Assembly: GCA_014860565.1 (NCBI GenBank)
Contig: JACZJN010000162.1
Location: 14,739-78,738, forward strand
DNA length: 64,000 nt
Origin: Bacteroidota bacterium
Lineage (GTDB): Bacteria > Bacteroidota > Ignavibacteria > SZUA-365
Direction: 5' to 3'
Made by a program: the position numbers and the translations under genes. Shown piece by piece: positions 1-8,905 of this stretch (the stretch's first letter is position 1; each line of letters begins with the position of its first letter). The notes beneath the pieces were generated by a model that had not been told where the DNA came from, made no database searches, and saw only the letters and a program-made list of their open reading frames with translations.

Positions 1-1177
1 GGGTCATGGCGATGTCTTTGCGTATCGTGTTGTTCTTCGAGTCGGCGGGCACTTCAAAGCGATCGGAATAAAAAAGGTAGCCCGGGGATTCCGCTGTAAT
101 TACATACGTTCTTCCCGGCTGCAGGACGACAATATAATCGCCGTTGACCGCGTCGCTCTGGAAGCTGCTGAGGATTTCATTGTTCTGAATATCTCGGACT
201 GTCAGCGTGGCGCCGATTGGAATTTTTGATTGCGAATCGGTCACCGTTCCCACAACCGTCGTGATCGAACCAGGGGGAAGAGGATTGGGAATGGCGAGAT
301 AAATATCCAGATCTCCGCTACCGCCAGTGCGATTCGACGAGAAATACAGATCCTCACTGTTGAGCTTCAGGCTGCAGAAATAGTCGTCGTACTCGCTGTT
401 TATCGGCGTACCCAGATGCTGCGGTGACGACCACCCACTGCCGGTGTTTTTCGACCGGTACACATCCTGTCCGCCGATTCCAGGGAGCATATCGCTGGAG
501 AAATAGAGCGTTTTATTGTCTGCCGCGATATAAGGAGCGAACTCGTCTCCGATGGTGTTGATCGTACGGCCTAGATTGACGGCGGGTTTCCACTCGCCGC
601 CGTAGCTGCGGGAGCTCATCCAGATATCCGTTCCGCCGGACCCTCCCGGACGCTCCGAGATGAAAAACAGCATTAGTCCATCGGGTGAAATGCTCGCTTG
701 TGAATCCCAGAAGGGGGAGTTCACGTTCGTACCGAGGTTCCTGACGTTGCGCCAGCTTCCTCCGATATATTCAGCGATGTAGAGGTCACAGTCGCCGAGT
801 CCGTCCTCACGGTCGCATGCGGTGAACACCATCCAGTGTCCGTCAGGGGTAATGGTGGGGGCGCCTTCGTCGCCGGAACTGTTCAGAGCGGGACCGACCT
901 CCTGCACCTGTTCCCAATTCCCGGCTCCCTGCACCGCCGAATAGATATTCTGATCGCCGTCGCGGTCGGAAGTGAAATACATGACGCGGCCGTTGCCGAG
1001 AAGCAGCGGCGCGAAATCATTGTCGGATGAGTTGACGGGACTGATCGAGCGGATGGATACATCGTAGCGCTCGGGAGTGATCGAGGGTCGAACGGGTTTT
1101 TCGTCCTGTGCCCAAGCCGGAAGACTCAGTAGAAGTACCGGCAGCAGCAACGTCGCAATGTGTGCAAGCTTTTTCAT
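1..1177 (-). CDS. PD40/WD40-like β-propeller repeat protein (TolB-like periplasmic repeats). Only the N-terminal part is in the window; the C-terminus lies beyond position 1 and is possibly OmpA-family.
   Basis: ATG at 1177 is preceded by a GGAGGA RBS. The N-terminus MKKLAHIATLLLPVLLLSLPAWAQ is a signal peptide. It is followed by repeated PD40-like motifs (FAPLLLGNGRVMYFTSDRDG, APTITPDGHWMVFTA, ISPDGLMLFFISERPGG, FAPYIAADNKTLYFSSD, DLYFSSNRTGGSGDLDIYLA). The ORF is open to the window edge. Confidence 0.7.
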   Translation of the reverse strand, partial: MKKLAHIATLLLPVLLLSLPAWAQDEKPVRPSITPERYDVSIRSISPVNSSDNDFAPLLLGNGRVMYFTSDRDGDQNIYSAVQGAGNWEQVQEVGPALNSSGDEGAPTITPDGHWMVFTACDREDGLGDCDLYIAEYIGGSWRNVRNLGTNVNSPFWDSQASISPDGLMLFFISERPGGSGGTDIWMSSRSYGGEWKPAVNLGRTINTIGDEFAPYIAADNKTLYFSSDMLPGIGGQDVYRSKNTGSGWSSPQHLGTPINSEYDDYFCSLKLNSEDLYFSSNRTGGSGDLDIYLAIPNPLPPGSITTVVGTVTDSQSKIPIGATLTVRDIQNNEILSSFQSDAVNGDYIVVLQPGRTYVITAESPGYLFYSDRFEVPADSKNNTIRKDIAMT

Positions 1178-1191
1178 GGTACTTTCCTCCT

Positions 1192-2151
1192 CTATGAGCC
1201 CATCCGCCAGCGAAGGCCGAGGGTGAAGAAAACGGTGATCATATTGAAGTCATTGTTGTTTTCCACGATAGGCAGGCCGGTTTCGCCACTGAGCCAATGG
1301 AACACGCCCGCGGATTCAAGTCCGGGTGTGAAATCCTTGTCGACGAAACTGCTCAGGGGATATGCCAGTGTCAACTCCGGCACAAGCTGCAGGCCTTCAT
1401 TCAGCTCGAAACGCCATCCGAATCCGGCCTTCAAGTCAACGCGCGTTCCGAGAAAACCGGCCACTTCTTCAGTGGATGAGGCGGTACGGTAGAAATTCAC
1501 GATGTCATCAATACCGTTGATGTCCTCCACGTAATAAAGGTCACTGGGCTGAATCAGTTCCTGGTCAAGGGTCGCTGAATTGCTGGATAAGGAACCAAAG
1601 GAAGGGCCGATCATGAAATAGGCCGACTCGTTGATATCGAAGCGAAGGAGCAGGTCGAACCCGAGATAGGTGAAGGTCCAGTCCGTCTGGTTACGGATCA
1701 CGGTAGTCAAGCCTGTCGTCGTTTGCGGATCCACTTCTCCGACATCGAGGGTCTCATCAAAGACGCCCATGCGAGTGTGGTAATTTGCCTTCAGCATGAT
1801 TCCCACCCAATCGGATACGGGGAAATCCGCGGTCGCGCCAAGGTAAAATCCAAGTCCGTTCCCCTCGTTCACATGTCCAGGACGGGGATACTTCGGATTG
1901 TAGGGATTGCTGGTGTAATAGGCGAGGGGGCCGTTCTGAAACATCGAGTATGTCAGCCCAGCATCCAGTCCAAGATACCAGTGATACGCGCCCGAAGAAC
2001 GTTCGGGACGAAGAACATCGCCGCCGTCGCTTGCCAGCCAGGAGGTCTTGACCTTCCCGGGGTCATGGGCAGCGGCGTGCAGAGGCAGTGCGAGTGCCAG
2101 CATGCCAAAAAGCATACAAAAGCACAACAGATTGCGTGTCGATTGTCGCAT
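1192..2151 (-). CDS. Outer-membrane β-barrel protein (OmpA-like or porin-like barrel family).
   Basis: 319 aa with a signal peptide (MLFGMLALALPLHAAA). It shows alternating amphipathic β-strand segments rich in aromatic residues and Gly (YLGLDAGLTYSMF, GFYLGATADF, AGFGWRFEL). It lies immediately upstream of, and co-oriented with, the PD40 repeat protein. Confidence 0.55.
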   Translation of the reverse strand: MRQSTRNLLCFCMLFGMLALALPLHAAAHDPGKVKTSWLASDGGDVLRPERSSGAYHWYLGLDAGLTYSMFQNGPLAYYTSNPYNPKYPRPGHVNEGNGLGFYLGATADFPVSDWVGIMLKANYHTRMGVFDETLDVGEVDPQTTTGLTTVIRNQTDWTFTYLGFDLLLRFDINESAYFMIGPSFGSLSSNSATLDQELIQPSDLYYVEDINGIDDIVNFYRTASSTEEVAGFLGTRVDLKAGFGWRFELNEGLQLVPELTLAYPLSSFVDKDFTPGLESAGVFHWLSGETGLPIVENNNDFNMITVFFTLGLRWRMGS

Positions 2152-2308
2152 TTCCTTGATTCCTCTGTGAGACAGAAATTGGCTCGTCGTTGAGTATGAG
2201 CTGTCACATGATTGGACGCGCTCGATACAACTATGATGGATATGCGGCTAGTATAGCGGAATCTTCACAGAGACGCAACCCTTTGGGTAAAATGGAAGCA
2301 GAATCCGA

Positions 2309-2743
2309 TTAATCGTTCGGGTGGGGATCCGTTGCGGGGGAATGCAGGAAATCTGAATTGAACGGTTCAGGAAGAAGATTGGTGAGTGTGAGCATGCGAT
2401 GCTCGTTGCCGCTGCCTGCGAGAATCACCGGAAGTGCTGGCGCGAATTCGGAGAGGACCTGCCTGCAGGCACCGCAGGGAGGAACAGACACCCCGTCGGC
2501 CGCGACGGCGATGGCAAGAAAAGACTGCACGCCGGCGGTCACCGCCGTATAGACGGCCGTGCGTTCCGCGCAGCATGTGAGACCATAGGAACTGTTTTCA
2601 ACATTGCAGCCGGTGAAGATCTCTCCGTCATCTGACAGGAGGGCTGCACCGACACGGAAGCCGGAATACGGGGCGTAGGCAGACTCTCGGGCTTCACGCG
2701 CAGTGGCGACTAGCTGTTCGATGATTTCTTCGTGAAGGGGCAT
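2309..2743 (-). CDS. cdd: Cytidine deaminase.
   Basis: 144 aa. Zinc-binding motifs CAER(TAV) and PCGACRQ are present, spaced as in Cdd. An RBS GAGGAG precedes the ATG. Confidence 0.9.
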   Translation of the reverse strand: MPLHEEIIEQLVATAREARESAYAPYSGFRVGAALLSDDGEIFTGCNVENSSYGLTCCAERTAVYTAVTAGVQSFLAIAVAADGVSVPPCGACRQVLSEFAPALPVILAGSGNEHRMLTLTNLLPEPFNSDFLHSPATDPHPND

Positions 2744-2754
2744 GGTTTCTCCTC

Positions 2755-2790
2755 GGTAAAAAAGAAAAGGTCTGAAAAATCAGACCTTTG
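2755..2790 (-). terminator. Rho-independent terminator directly 3' of tRNA-Ala on the minus strand.
   Basis: On the minus strand a 9-bp stem (AAAGGUCUG/CAGACCUUU) with a 6-nt loop is followed by UUUUCUUUUUUU. Confidence 0.6.
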
Positions 2791-2863
<73 letters not shown>

Positions 2864-2907
2864 GAAGGGTTTACAAATGTAAGGGGAAAACGAGATAAAT
2901 GCAACCA

Positions 2908-3546
2908 TCAAAGCATCGGTGTGAAGTAGTCCGTTTTCTCATGCGTGTGAATTGCGATGGCTCCGGCACGGATCAACCGCACAAGAAGCCGTGATGCGCG
3001 CCGGTCGGAAACGTTGATCAATTTGGCGTACTCCTTTACCGTGATGCGGTCGTTTTTCTCAAACCAGGCGAACAGTCGTTTCTCTGCTTCACCGAACACC
3101 AACCGTACCGGTTCGGAAGCGCCGAATTGATGACGCATCACGCGGATCATCTCCCGACTGGCCTGCACGCTGTGTTCGCCGACACGGACATAAGACCTCT
3201 TGTCATCTGTTTCTTCGCGCAGATAATGCGGCTTTCGCTCGCTCTCGGGAATTTCGATGCAGATGACATCGCGGTTGTTCACATTGAAAATGGTGACCGT
3301 GTGCGCGATGGGGGGATCGCAAAGATACTCGGCAGCATACGAGATATCGCCCAGCTCCGCTTTCTCACTGACGACGCCAACAATGGTTTTGTCATCGTCA
3401 ACGCCGAAAATGATGACTCCTCCGCGCGTGTTCGCGAAAGCGATCATTTCCTTCGCGATTTTTTCTCCCGTGGACACGCGCCGTTTGAACTCGGTCGTCA
3501 GACCTTCGCCCTCATCGATTTTATCCATCAGTTGGTGATAGCGCAT
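2908..3546 (-). CDS. Putative transcriptional regulator with an AlbA_2 / Schlafen-like divergent-ATPase N-terminal domain and a C-terminal HTH.
   Basis: Translation from ATG 3546 reads MRYHQLMDKIDEGEGLTTEFKRRVS...GGVIIFGVDD, matching the AlbA_2 pattern (ExxxxEFK...GG.IIxGV.D). The C-terminal segment ITVKEYAKLINVSDRRASRLLVRLIRAGAI resembles a helix-turn-helix. In-frame ATGs further upstream at 3615 and 3660 lack Shine-Dalgarno sequences. Confidence 0.55.
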   Translation of the reverse strand: MRYHQLMDKIDEGEGLTTEFKRRVSTGEKIAKEMIAFANTRGGVIIFGVDDDKTIVGVVSEKAELGDISYAAEYLCDPPIAHTVTIFNVNNRDVICIEIPESERKPHYLREETDDKRSYVRVGEHSVQASREMIRVMRHQFGASEPVRLVFGEAEKRLFAWFEKNDRITVKEYAKLINVSDRRASRLLVRLIRAGAIAIHTHEKTDYFTPML

Positions 3547-3710
3547 GGGTATCGTTTCTTCGTGTATTCTGGAAGTATGAAAAAAAACTTCATGCCGGGC
3601 AATGCCGTTCTTCATCCGGGTCGCAAGGATATGAAGCCGTGGTTTCGTATCATTCCGCATGTCCTCTCAGCCAGATTCGATTGCACCGTTGTTTTGAAAG
3701 GTCCCGACGC

Positions 3711-4679
3711 ATGCCTTTGCTCTGTAATTACTATCTGACCTATCGCTGCAATGCGTACTGTGCATTCTGCCATTTCGGAGATCACGGTGCGTTTCGCGAT
3801 GCGAGGCATGCCCGCACCGAGGATGTGCTCAGGAACATTGCGGACCTGCGTACTCTGGGTGTGCGCTTCGTCGATCTGACCGGAGGGGAACCGCTGCTTC
3901 ATCCGGATATCGCCCGCATCGCTGCGGAAACACGGCGGCTTGGCATGAAGGCGAGCATCACAACCAATGCGCTGCTGTACCCGAAACATGCAGAGGCTCT
4001 GGCAGGGAATGTTGATCTGCTGCACTTTTCTCTCGACAGCGCGGATCCATTGCAGCATAACGCAATGCGTGGCGTGGATTGCTTCGATCACGTGCTCGAA
4101 AGCATTGTCATCGCAAAGGACCTCGGCGAGCGGCCTGATCTGCTCTTTACTGTCACGAATGAGAACGTCGATCAGATGGAGGGGGTGTACGAAATTGCGC
4201 GGCGGTACGGACTGATGTTGCTGTTGAATCCCGTCTTTCGATATTTTCGCGAGGAAGGGCTCAGCGATGAGGCCATAGCACAGACCGAGCGATTCTCCCG
4301 CAAACCCATGGTCTACCTCAATCCATCATTTCTCACACTGCGACGTAAAGGAGGGAACAGCATCGACGATCCCCTCTGCAAGGCAGTTTCCCGCGTGGTC
4401 GTGATTTCACCGGATAACGAAATTCTCCTGCCGTGCTACCACCTGCACTATGAAAAACTGCCCATCGGAGAAAGCCTGAAGCATGCATGGCAATCGGAGC
4501 GTGTCCGCTGGCATCAGAAGCACGAGGGGAGGCACGAATTCTGTGAGGGATGCACCATCAACTGTTATTTCGAACCGTCATTCGCATATCCGACGAATCT
4601 CCTTTCGCTGGCGTCAGTGCCGTCCAAGATCAAATACGGGTATTCGAAATACCTCGTGCAATCTCTCCGGAAACGGTAA
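3711..4679 (+). CDS. Radical SAM enzyme with a C-terminal Cys-rich auxiliary-cluster-like region (SPASM/twitch-like).
   Basis: MPLLCNYYLTYRCNAYCAFCHF contains the CX3CX2C radical-SAM motif. A GGEPLL glycine-rich SAM-binding motif follows. The C-terminus has Cys residues spaced ...PCYHLH...(30)...FCEGCTINCYF. The gene is divergent from the AlbA_2 regulator gene. Confidence 0.8.
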   Translation: MPLLCNYYLTYRCNAYCAFCHFGDHGAFRDARHARTEDVLRNIADLRTLGVRFVDLTGGEPLLHPDIARIAAETRRLGMKASITTNALLYPKHAEALAGNVDLLHFSLDSADPLQHNAMRGVDCFDHVLESIVIAKDLGERPDLLFTVTNENVDQMEGVYEIARRYGLMLLLNPVFRYFREEGLSDEAIAQTERFSRKPMVYLNPSFLTLRRKGGNSIDDPLCKAVSRVVVISPDNEILLPCYHLHYEKLPIGESLKHAWQSERVRWHQKHEGRHEFCEGCTINCYFEPSFAYPTNLLSLASVPSKIKYGYSKYLVQSLRKR

Positions 4680-4712
4680 CTCTCGATGAGATGCGGCTGC
4701 CCGTGCCATGAA

Positions 4713-4778
4713 TGCAGCGGGAACAATCACGCCGCCGCATCGGTCAGCAGCGGGAACAATCACGCCGCCGCGTCCGTC
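4713..4778. repeat. Two tandem 33-bp direct repeats: a perfect 25-bp core GCAGCGGGAACAATCACGCCGCCGC plus an 8-bp tail (ATCGGTCA / GTCCGTCA).
   Basis: Read directly from the sequence: copies at 4713-4745 and 4746-4778, 31/33 identical. They sit in the intergenic region between the radical SAM gene and moxR. Confidence 0.9.
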
Positions 4779-4976
4779 AAATGAGATTGTGCCGCCCGGA
4801 CACCCACCCGTAGCCCGCGAAAAGGATAGGGCGCTTTATTTGGGTTTGCGTGAGATTCCATTCGATGATTATTTTTCCCTGATAGTATTTTTTGCTGGGA
4901 TCTCCGATACGCGCGTATGCGATCCGGAAGCCCGCCCACAGTTTCGATCATCATCATTCGGACCATTGGAGTGCCA

Positions 4977-5966
4977 ATGCAAGTGAATATCCAGGAAATC
5001 AACGAACGCATCCAACAGGAAAGCGCATTTGTCGACGCCCTGAAAATGGAAATCGGTAAAGTCATCATCGGCCAGAAGGGAATGGTCGAACGGCTGCTGA
5101 TCGGCCTGCTCGGCGACGGCCACATTCTGCTCGAAGGCGTGCCGGGTCTGGCGAAGACCACGGCCATCAAAACGCTCGCCGCGTCGATGAAAGCCAGTTT
5201 CCACCGAATCCAGTTTACCCCCGATCTGCTCCCGGCCGATCTTGTGGGAACCATGATCTACAATCAGAAGAACGGCGAGTTCCAGACCAAGCAGGGACCG
5301 GTCTTCGCAAATTTCATCCTTGCCGATGAAATCAACCGTTCCCCCGCGAAAGTACAGAGCGCCCTTCTAGAGGCCATGCAGGAGCGGCAGGTGACGATTG
5401 GAGAACATACGTACCCGCTCCCGAAGCCGTTTCTCGTCATGGCAACGCAGAATCCTATTGAACAGGAAGGAACCTATCCGTTGCCCGAAGCGCAGGTAGA
5501 TCGTTTCATGCTGAAAATCAAAATCGATTACCCTTCGCGGGAAGAGGAGTTGGCCATCATGCGCCAGCAGATCTCGCAGGAAATTCCCGTTCCCAACCCC
5601 GTTGTTTCTGTTGACGATGTTATCCGTGCACGAGACGCCATGCACGCTGTGTATATGGATGAGAAAATCGAACGCTACATTCTTGACATCGTGGAAGCGA
5701 CCCGGCGGCCGCGCGATTTCAAGCTCGACCGCATCAGCAGCTACATCGCATACGGCGGCTCCCCGCGCGCGACCATCAACCTTGCTATCGCGGGAAAGGC
5801 GCATGCTTTCGTCAACCGGCGCGGGTACGTGATTCCTGAAGACATCCGCGCGATCTGTTTCGATGTCCTCCGCCATCGCGTCGCCGTCACCTATGAAGCC
5901 GAGGCAGAGGAAATGAACTCCGAAATGATCGTGCAGGAAATTCTCGACACCATCGAGGTTCCCTGA
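4977..5966 (+). CDS. MoxR-family AAA+ ATPase, first gene of the Bat-type operon.
   Basis: Walker A GVPGLAKT, Walker B ILADEINR, and the MoxR-typical N-terminal segment ...IIGQKGMVERLLIGLLGDGHILLEGVPG. Confidence 0.9.
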   Translation: MQVNIQEINERIQQESAFVDALKMEIGKVIIGQKGMVERLLIGLLGDGHILLEGVPGLAKTTAIKTLAASMKASFHRIQFTPDLLPADLVGTMIYNQKNGEFQTKQGPVFANFILADEINRSPAKVQSALLEAMQERQVTIGEHTYPLPKPFLVMATQNPIEQEGTYPLPEAQVDRFMLKIKIDYPSREEELAIMRQQISQEIPVPNPVVSVDDVIRARDAMHAVYMDEKIERYILDIVEATRRPRDFKLDRISSYIAYGGSPRATINLAIAGKAHAFVNRRGYVIPEDIRAICFDVLRHRVAVTYEAEAEEMNSEMIVQEILDTIEVP

Positions 5967-5968
5967 TC

Positions 5969-6844
5969 TTGGATACGAAACAGATTTTAAAAAATGTCCG
6001 GCAGATCGAGATCCGCACGCGCGGTCTGGTCAACCAGCTCTTCTCGGGTGAATACCATTCCGTCTTCAAGGGACGCGGGATGGAGTTCTCCGAGGTGCGC
6101 GAATACCAGTTCGGTGATGACGTACGCACAATTGACTGGAACGTATCGGCGCGATTCAATCGTCCTTTTGTGAAGGTGTTCGAGGAAGAGCGCGAACTGA
6201 CGGTCATGCTGCTCGTGGACATGAGCGGATCGCAGGATTACGGCACTTCGATCAAGTTCAAACGCGATACCGCGGCTGAACTCTGTGCCGTGCTCGCATT
6301 CAGTGCGATCAAGAACAACGACAAGGTCGGCATGATCATTTTCACCGATCACATCGAGAAGTTCATTCCGCCCAAGAAAGGACGATCCCACATTCTGCGC
6401 ATCATCCGTGACATCATTGCCTTCGAACCCGAGGGCAGTGGTACGGATATACGTGCAGCCCTCGAGTACTTCAACCACGTGACCAAGAAGCGCTCCATCG
6501 CATTTCTCGTTTCTGACTTCATGGACGAGGGGTATGACCGTCCATTGAAGATCGTCGCACGCAAACACGACCTTATTGCTGTCGAATTGTCCGATCCGAG
6601 GGAGAAAAATCTTCCGGATATTGGGTTGGTGAAGTTGCGCGATGCGGAGTCCGGTGCGGAAAAGTGGGTTGATACCTCGCGCTCCGCGGTGCGCGAAGCG
6701 TACCGGCGAAAATGGGAAGAGCGCGGTGCGGATCGCCGACGCCAATTCCTCCTGTCGAACGTCGATAGCATTTCCATCGATGTGCAGCAGGGCTACATCC
6801 AACCACTGGTTGAATTTTTCCGCATGAGGGAGAAACGCTACTGA
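5969..6844 (+). CDS. DUF58 family protein (MoxR partner with a VWA-like fold).
   Basis: A TTG start lies 2 nt after the moxR stop. Motifs GEYHSVFKGRGMEFSEVREYQFGDDVRTIDWNVSAR and LLVDMSGS match DUF58 hallmarks. The TGATG stop/start overlaps the next gene. Confidence 0.85.
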   Translation: MDTKQILKNVRQIEIRTRGLVNQLFSGEYHSVFKGRGMEFSEVREYQFGDDVRTIDWNVSARFNRPFVKVFEEERELTVMLLVDMSGSQDYGTSIKFKRDTAAELCAVLAFSAIKNNDKVGMIIFTDHIEKFIPPKKGRSHILRIIRDIIAFEPEGSGTDIRAALEYFNHVTKKRSIAFLVSDFMDEGYDRPLKIVARKHDLIAVELSDPREKNLPDIGLVKLRDAESGAEKWVDTSRSAVREAYRRKWEERGADRRRQFLLSNVDSISIDVQQGYIQPLVEFFRMREKRY

Positions 6845-7890
6845 TGAAACGCATTTTCTGGGCCATTCTGTTTTTCACAACTCTCCATTATGGCGGACAG
6901 GCACAGGACGTCAAGGTGTCGGCGACCGTGGATTCTCTCCGATATCAGATTGGAGATTGGATCACACTTCATCTCACCGTGGATGCACCTTCGACCTACA
7001 CCGTGCGCCTTCCGGCGACTGACGATGATTTCGAGGGCGGCGATTTCATTTCTGCCGGGAAAGCGGAAATGGAGACACACGGCAAGCGCAAGGAATATCG
7101 ACAGGATGTCGTCACGACCATTTTCGATACCGGAAGCATCGCACTTCGTGTACGTGTGCAATACACCATGCCTGGTGATACGGCGTCGTTCATATCTTTC
7201 AGTCCCCGGATCAATTTCGAGATCAGTACCGTCGCATTGGACACGGCGCAGAGCTTCAAGGACATCAAAGAAGTCATGCATGTTCCCTTGACCCTGTGGG
7301 ATTATCTGCTTTACGCAGCCGTCGTGCTGATGCTTGTCCTCGTTGGCTGGTTTGGGTATCGCTGGTATCAGAAGCGTAAGAACAGGCCGGAAGAAATACT
7401 CGAGGAAGCGGAACCGGAGATCCCGGCGTACGTGGTCGCTTTGGATGCGCTTCAGACGCTGCGCGAGCGCAAGCTCTGGCAAAGCGGCCAGCATAAGGCC
7501 TACCAGTCGCAGGTAACCGATATCCTCCGCGCGTACATCGAACGACGCTTCCGTCTCCCGGCAATGGAACAGACCACGTCTGAAATCATTCCCAGACTCG
7601 CGATGCTCGGGCTCTCCCCGCACCTCGTCGAACAAGTGGAGCAGGTCTTGCACACCGCGGATTTCACGAAATTCGCCAAGTACATACCGTCATCGATGCA
7701 GCATGAAGACTCCATGACGGTTTCGGTCCAGTTTGTAGAAAGCACCAAACCCATCGCGGATGCTGCGAACGCTCCGGCTGCCGGCCCTGCTACTCTACAG
7801 GCGGCTTCCACGCACGTTGCCACTGTGGACGAAACGGGCTCCGATCTCACTGATGCTCATGGTAGTGAAGGAGGGACACGCGATGTTTGA
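6844..7890 (+). CDS. Membrane protein with a signal peptide and a single central TM helix; third gene of Bat operons (DUF4381-like).
   Basis: MKRIFWAILFFTTLHYGGQAQ is a signal peptide. The central TM LWDYLLYAAVVLMLVLVGWFGYRWYQKRK is followed by a charged stretch. The gene's end overlaps the batA start by 8 nt. Confidence 0.55.
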   Translation: MKRIFWAILFFTTLHYGGQAQDVKVSATVDSLRYQIGDWITLHLTVDAPSTYTVRLPATDDDFEGGDFISAGKAEMETHGKRKEYRQDVVTTIFDTGSIALRVRVQYTMPGDTASFISFSPRINFEISTVALDTAQSFKDIKEVMHVPLTLWDYLLYAAVVLMLVLVGWFGYRWYQKRKNRPEEILEEAEPEIPAYVVALDALQTLRERKLWQSGQHKAYQSQVTDILRAYIERRFRLPAMEQTTSEIIPRLAMLGLSPHLVEQVEQVLHTADFTKFAKYIPSSMQHEDSMTVSVQFVESTKPIADAANAPAAGPATLQAASTHVATVDETGSDLTDAHGSEGGTRDV

Positions 7891-8881
7891 GCATATCACC
7901 CAATTCGCAAATCCTGCGTTGCTCTGGCTGTTGCTTCTGATTCCGATACTCGTCGCCTGGCATATCTGGAAACAGGGTCGACTTACTTCCGCGTTGCGCC
8001 ATTCATCCCTCGCATTGTTTTCAGGCCTGCCGTCGAGCTGGCGCGTGCGGCTTCGCTTCATTCCCTTTGCTCTGCGTATGCTTGCCCTGGCGCTGCTAAT
8101 TGTCGCATTCGCCCGACCGCAGTCCTCCGCACGCGGAGAAAAGGTGTATCGCGAGGGTATCGATATCACTATCGTGCTTGATATCTCGGGTTCGATGCTC
8201 GCCGAGGATTTTCGACCCAACCGGCTCGAAGCGGCCAAGGATGTGGGGGAGGATTTCATCCGCGCACGAATAAACGATCGCATCGGACTTGTGATCTTCT
8301 CCGGTGAGAGTTTTACTCAGTGTCCCTTGACTACCGATTACAGTGTGCTTATCGATCTGCTGAAAAAGGTGGAAACCGGATATCTGCAAGACGGAACCGC
8401 GATCGGGGAAGGCATCGCAAACGCGGTCAACCGTATGAAGGACAGCAAATCGAAGAGCAAGGTGATGATCCTTCTCACCGACGGCGTGAATAACATGGGT
8501 TCGATCGATCCGGCGACGGCAGCAGAAATTGCGCGCACCTTCGGCATCCGCATCTACACCATCGGTGTGGGAACGCGTGGAATGGCGCCGTATCCCTTTA
8601 AAACGGCGTACGGCATTCAATATCAACCTGTACCTGTCGAGATCGACGAAGACATGCTCCGTCAGGTGGCGCAGATCACTGGTGGAGAGTATTTCCGTGC
8701 AACGGGCAACAAAAAGCTCCAACAGATTTACGAGGATATAGACAAGCTGGAGCGGACCAAAATAGAAGTCACGGAATTCCATCGCTATACGGAATTGTTC
8801 TATGATTACCTTCTGGCAGCGATGGCGGTGCTTCTGTTCGAACTCGCGCTTTCTTTGTTTGTCTTCCGAAAGATTCCCTGA
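7883..8881 (+). CDS. batA: BatA-type von Willebrand factor A domain membrane protein.
   Basis: An RBS GGAGGG precedes the ATG. There are two N-terminal TM helices. The VWA MIDAS-type motifs DITIVLDISGSM and ILLTDGVNN are present, with a C-terminal TM. Confidence 0.85.
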   Translation: MFEHITQFANPALLWLLLLIPILVAWHIWKQGRLTSALRHSSLALFSGLPSSWRVRLRFIPFALRMLALALLIVAFARPQSSARGEKVYREGIDITIVLDISGSMLAEDFRPNRLEAAKDVGEDFIRARINDRIGLVIFSGESFTQCPLTTDYSVLIDLLKKVETGYLQDGTAIGEGIANAVNRMKDSKSKSKVMILLTDGVNNMGSIDPATAAEIARTFGIRIYTIGVGTRGMAPYPFKTAYGIQYQPVPVEIDEDMLRQVAQITGGEYFRATGNKKLQQIYEDIDKLERTKIEVTEFHRYTELFYDYLLAAMAVLLFELALSLFVFRKIP

Positions 8882-8905
8882 TTCACGCAGAGGCATACGC
8901 CAGCA

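Noticed and set aside
3127-3738. 203-aa plus-strand ORF.
   Set aside because: It is antisense to the AlbA_2/HTH regulator gene.
4713-4778. CRISPR array.
   Set aside because: There are only two repeat copies with an 8-bp pseudo-spacer, no cas genes, and no further repeats. It does not meet CRISPR criteria.
4708-4986. 92-aa ORF with a repeated AAGTITPP peptide. I considered it as a RiPP precursor next to the radical-SAM gene.
   Set aside because: The repeated peptide is simply a translation of the 33-bp DNA tandem repeat. There is no RBS, and the ORF runs into the moxR start. It is more likely a regulatory DNA repeat than a coding sequence.
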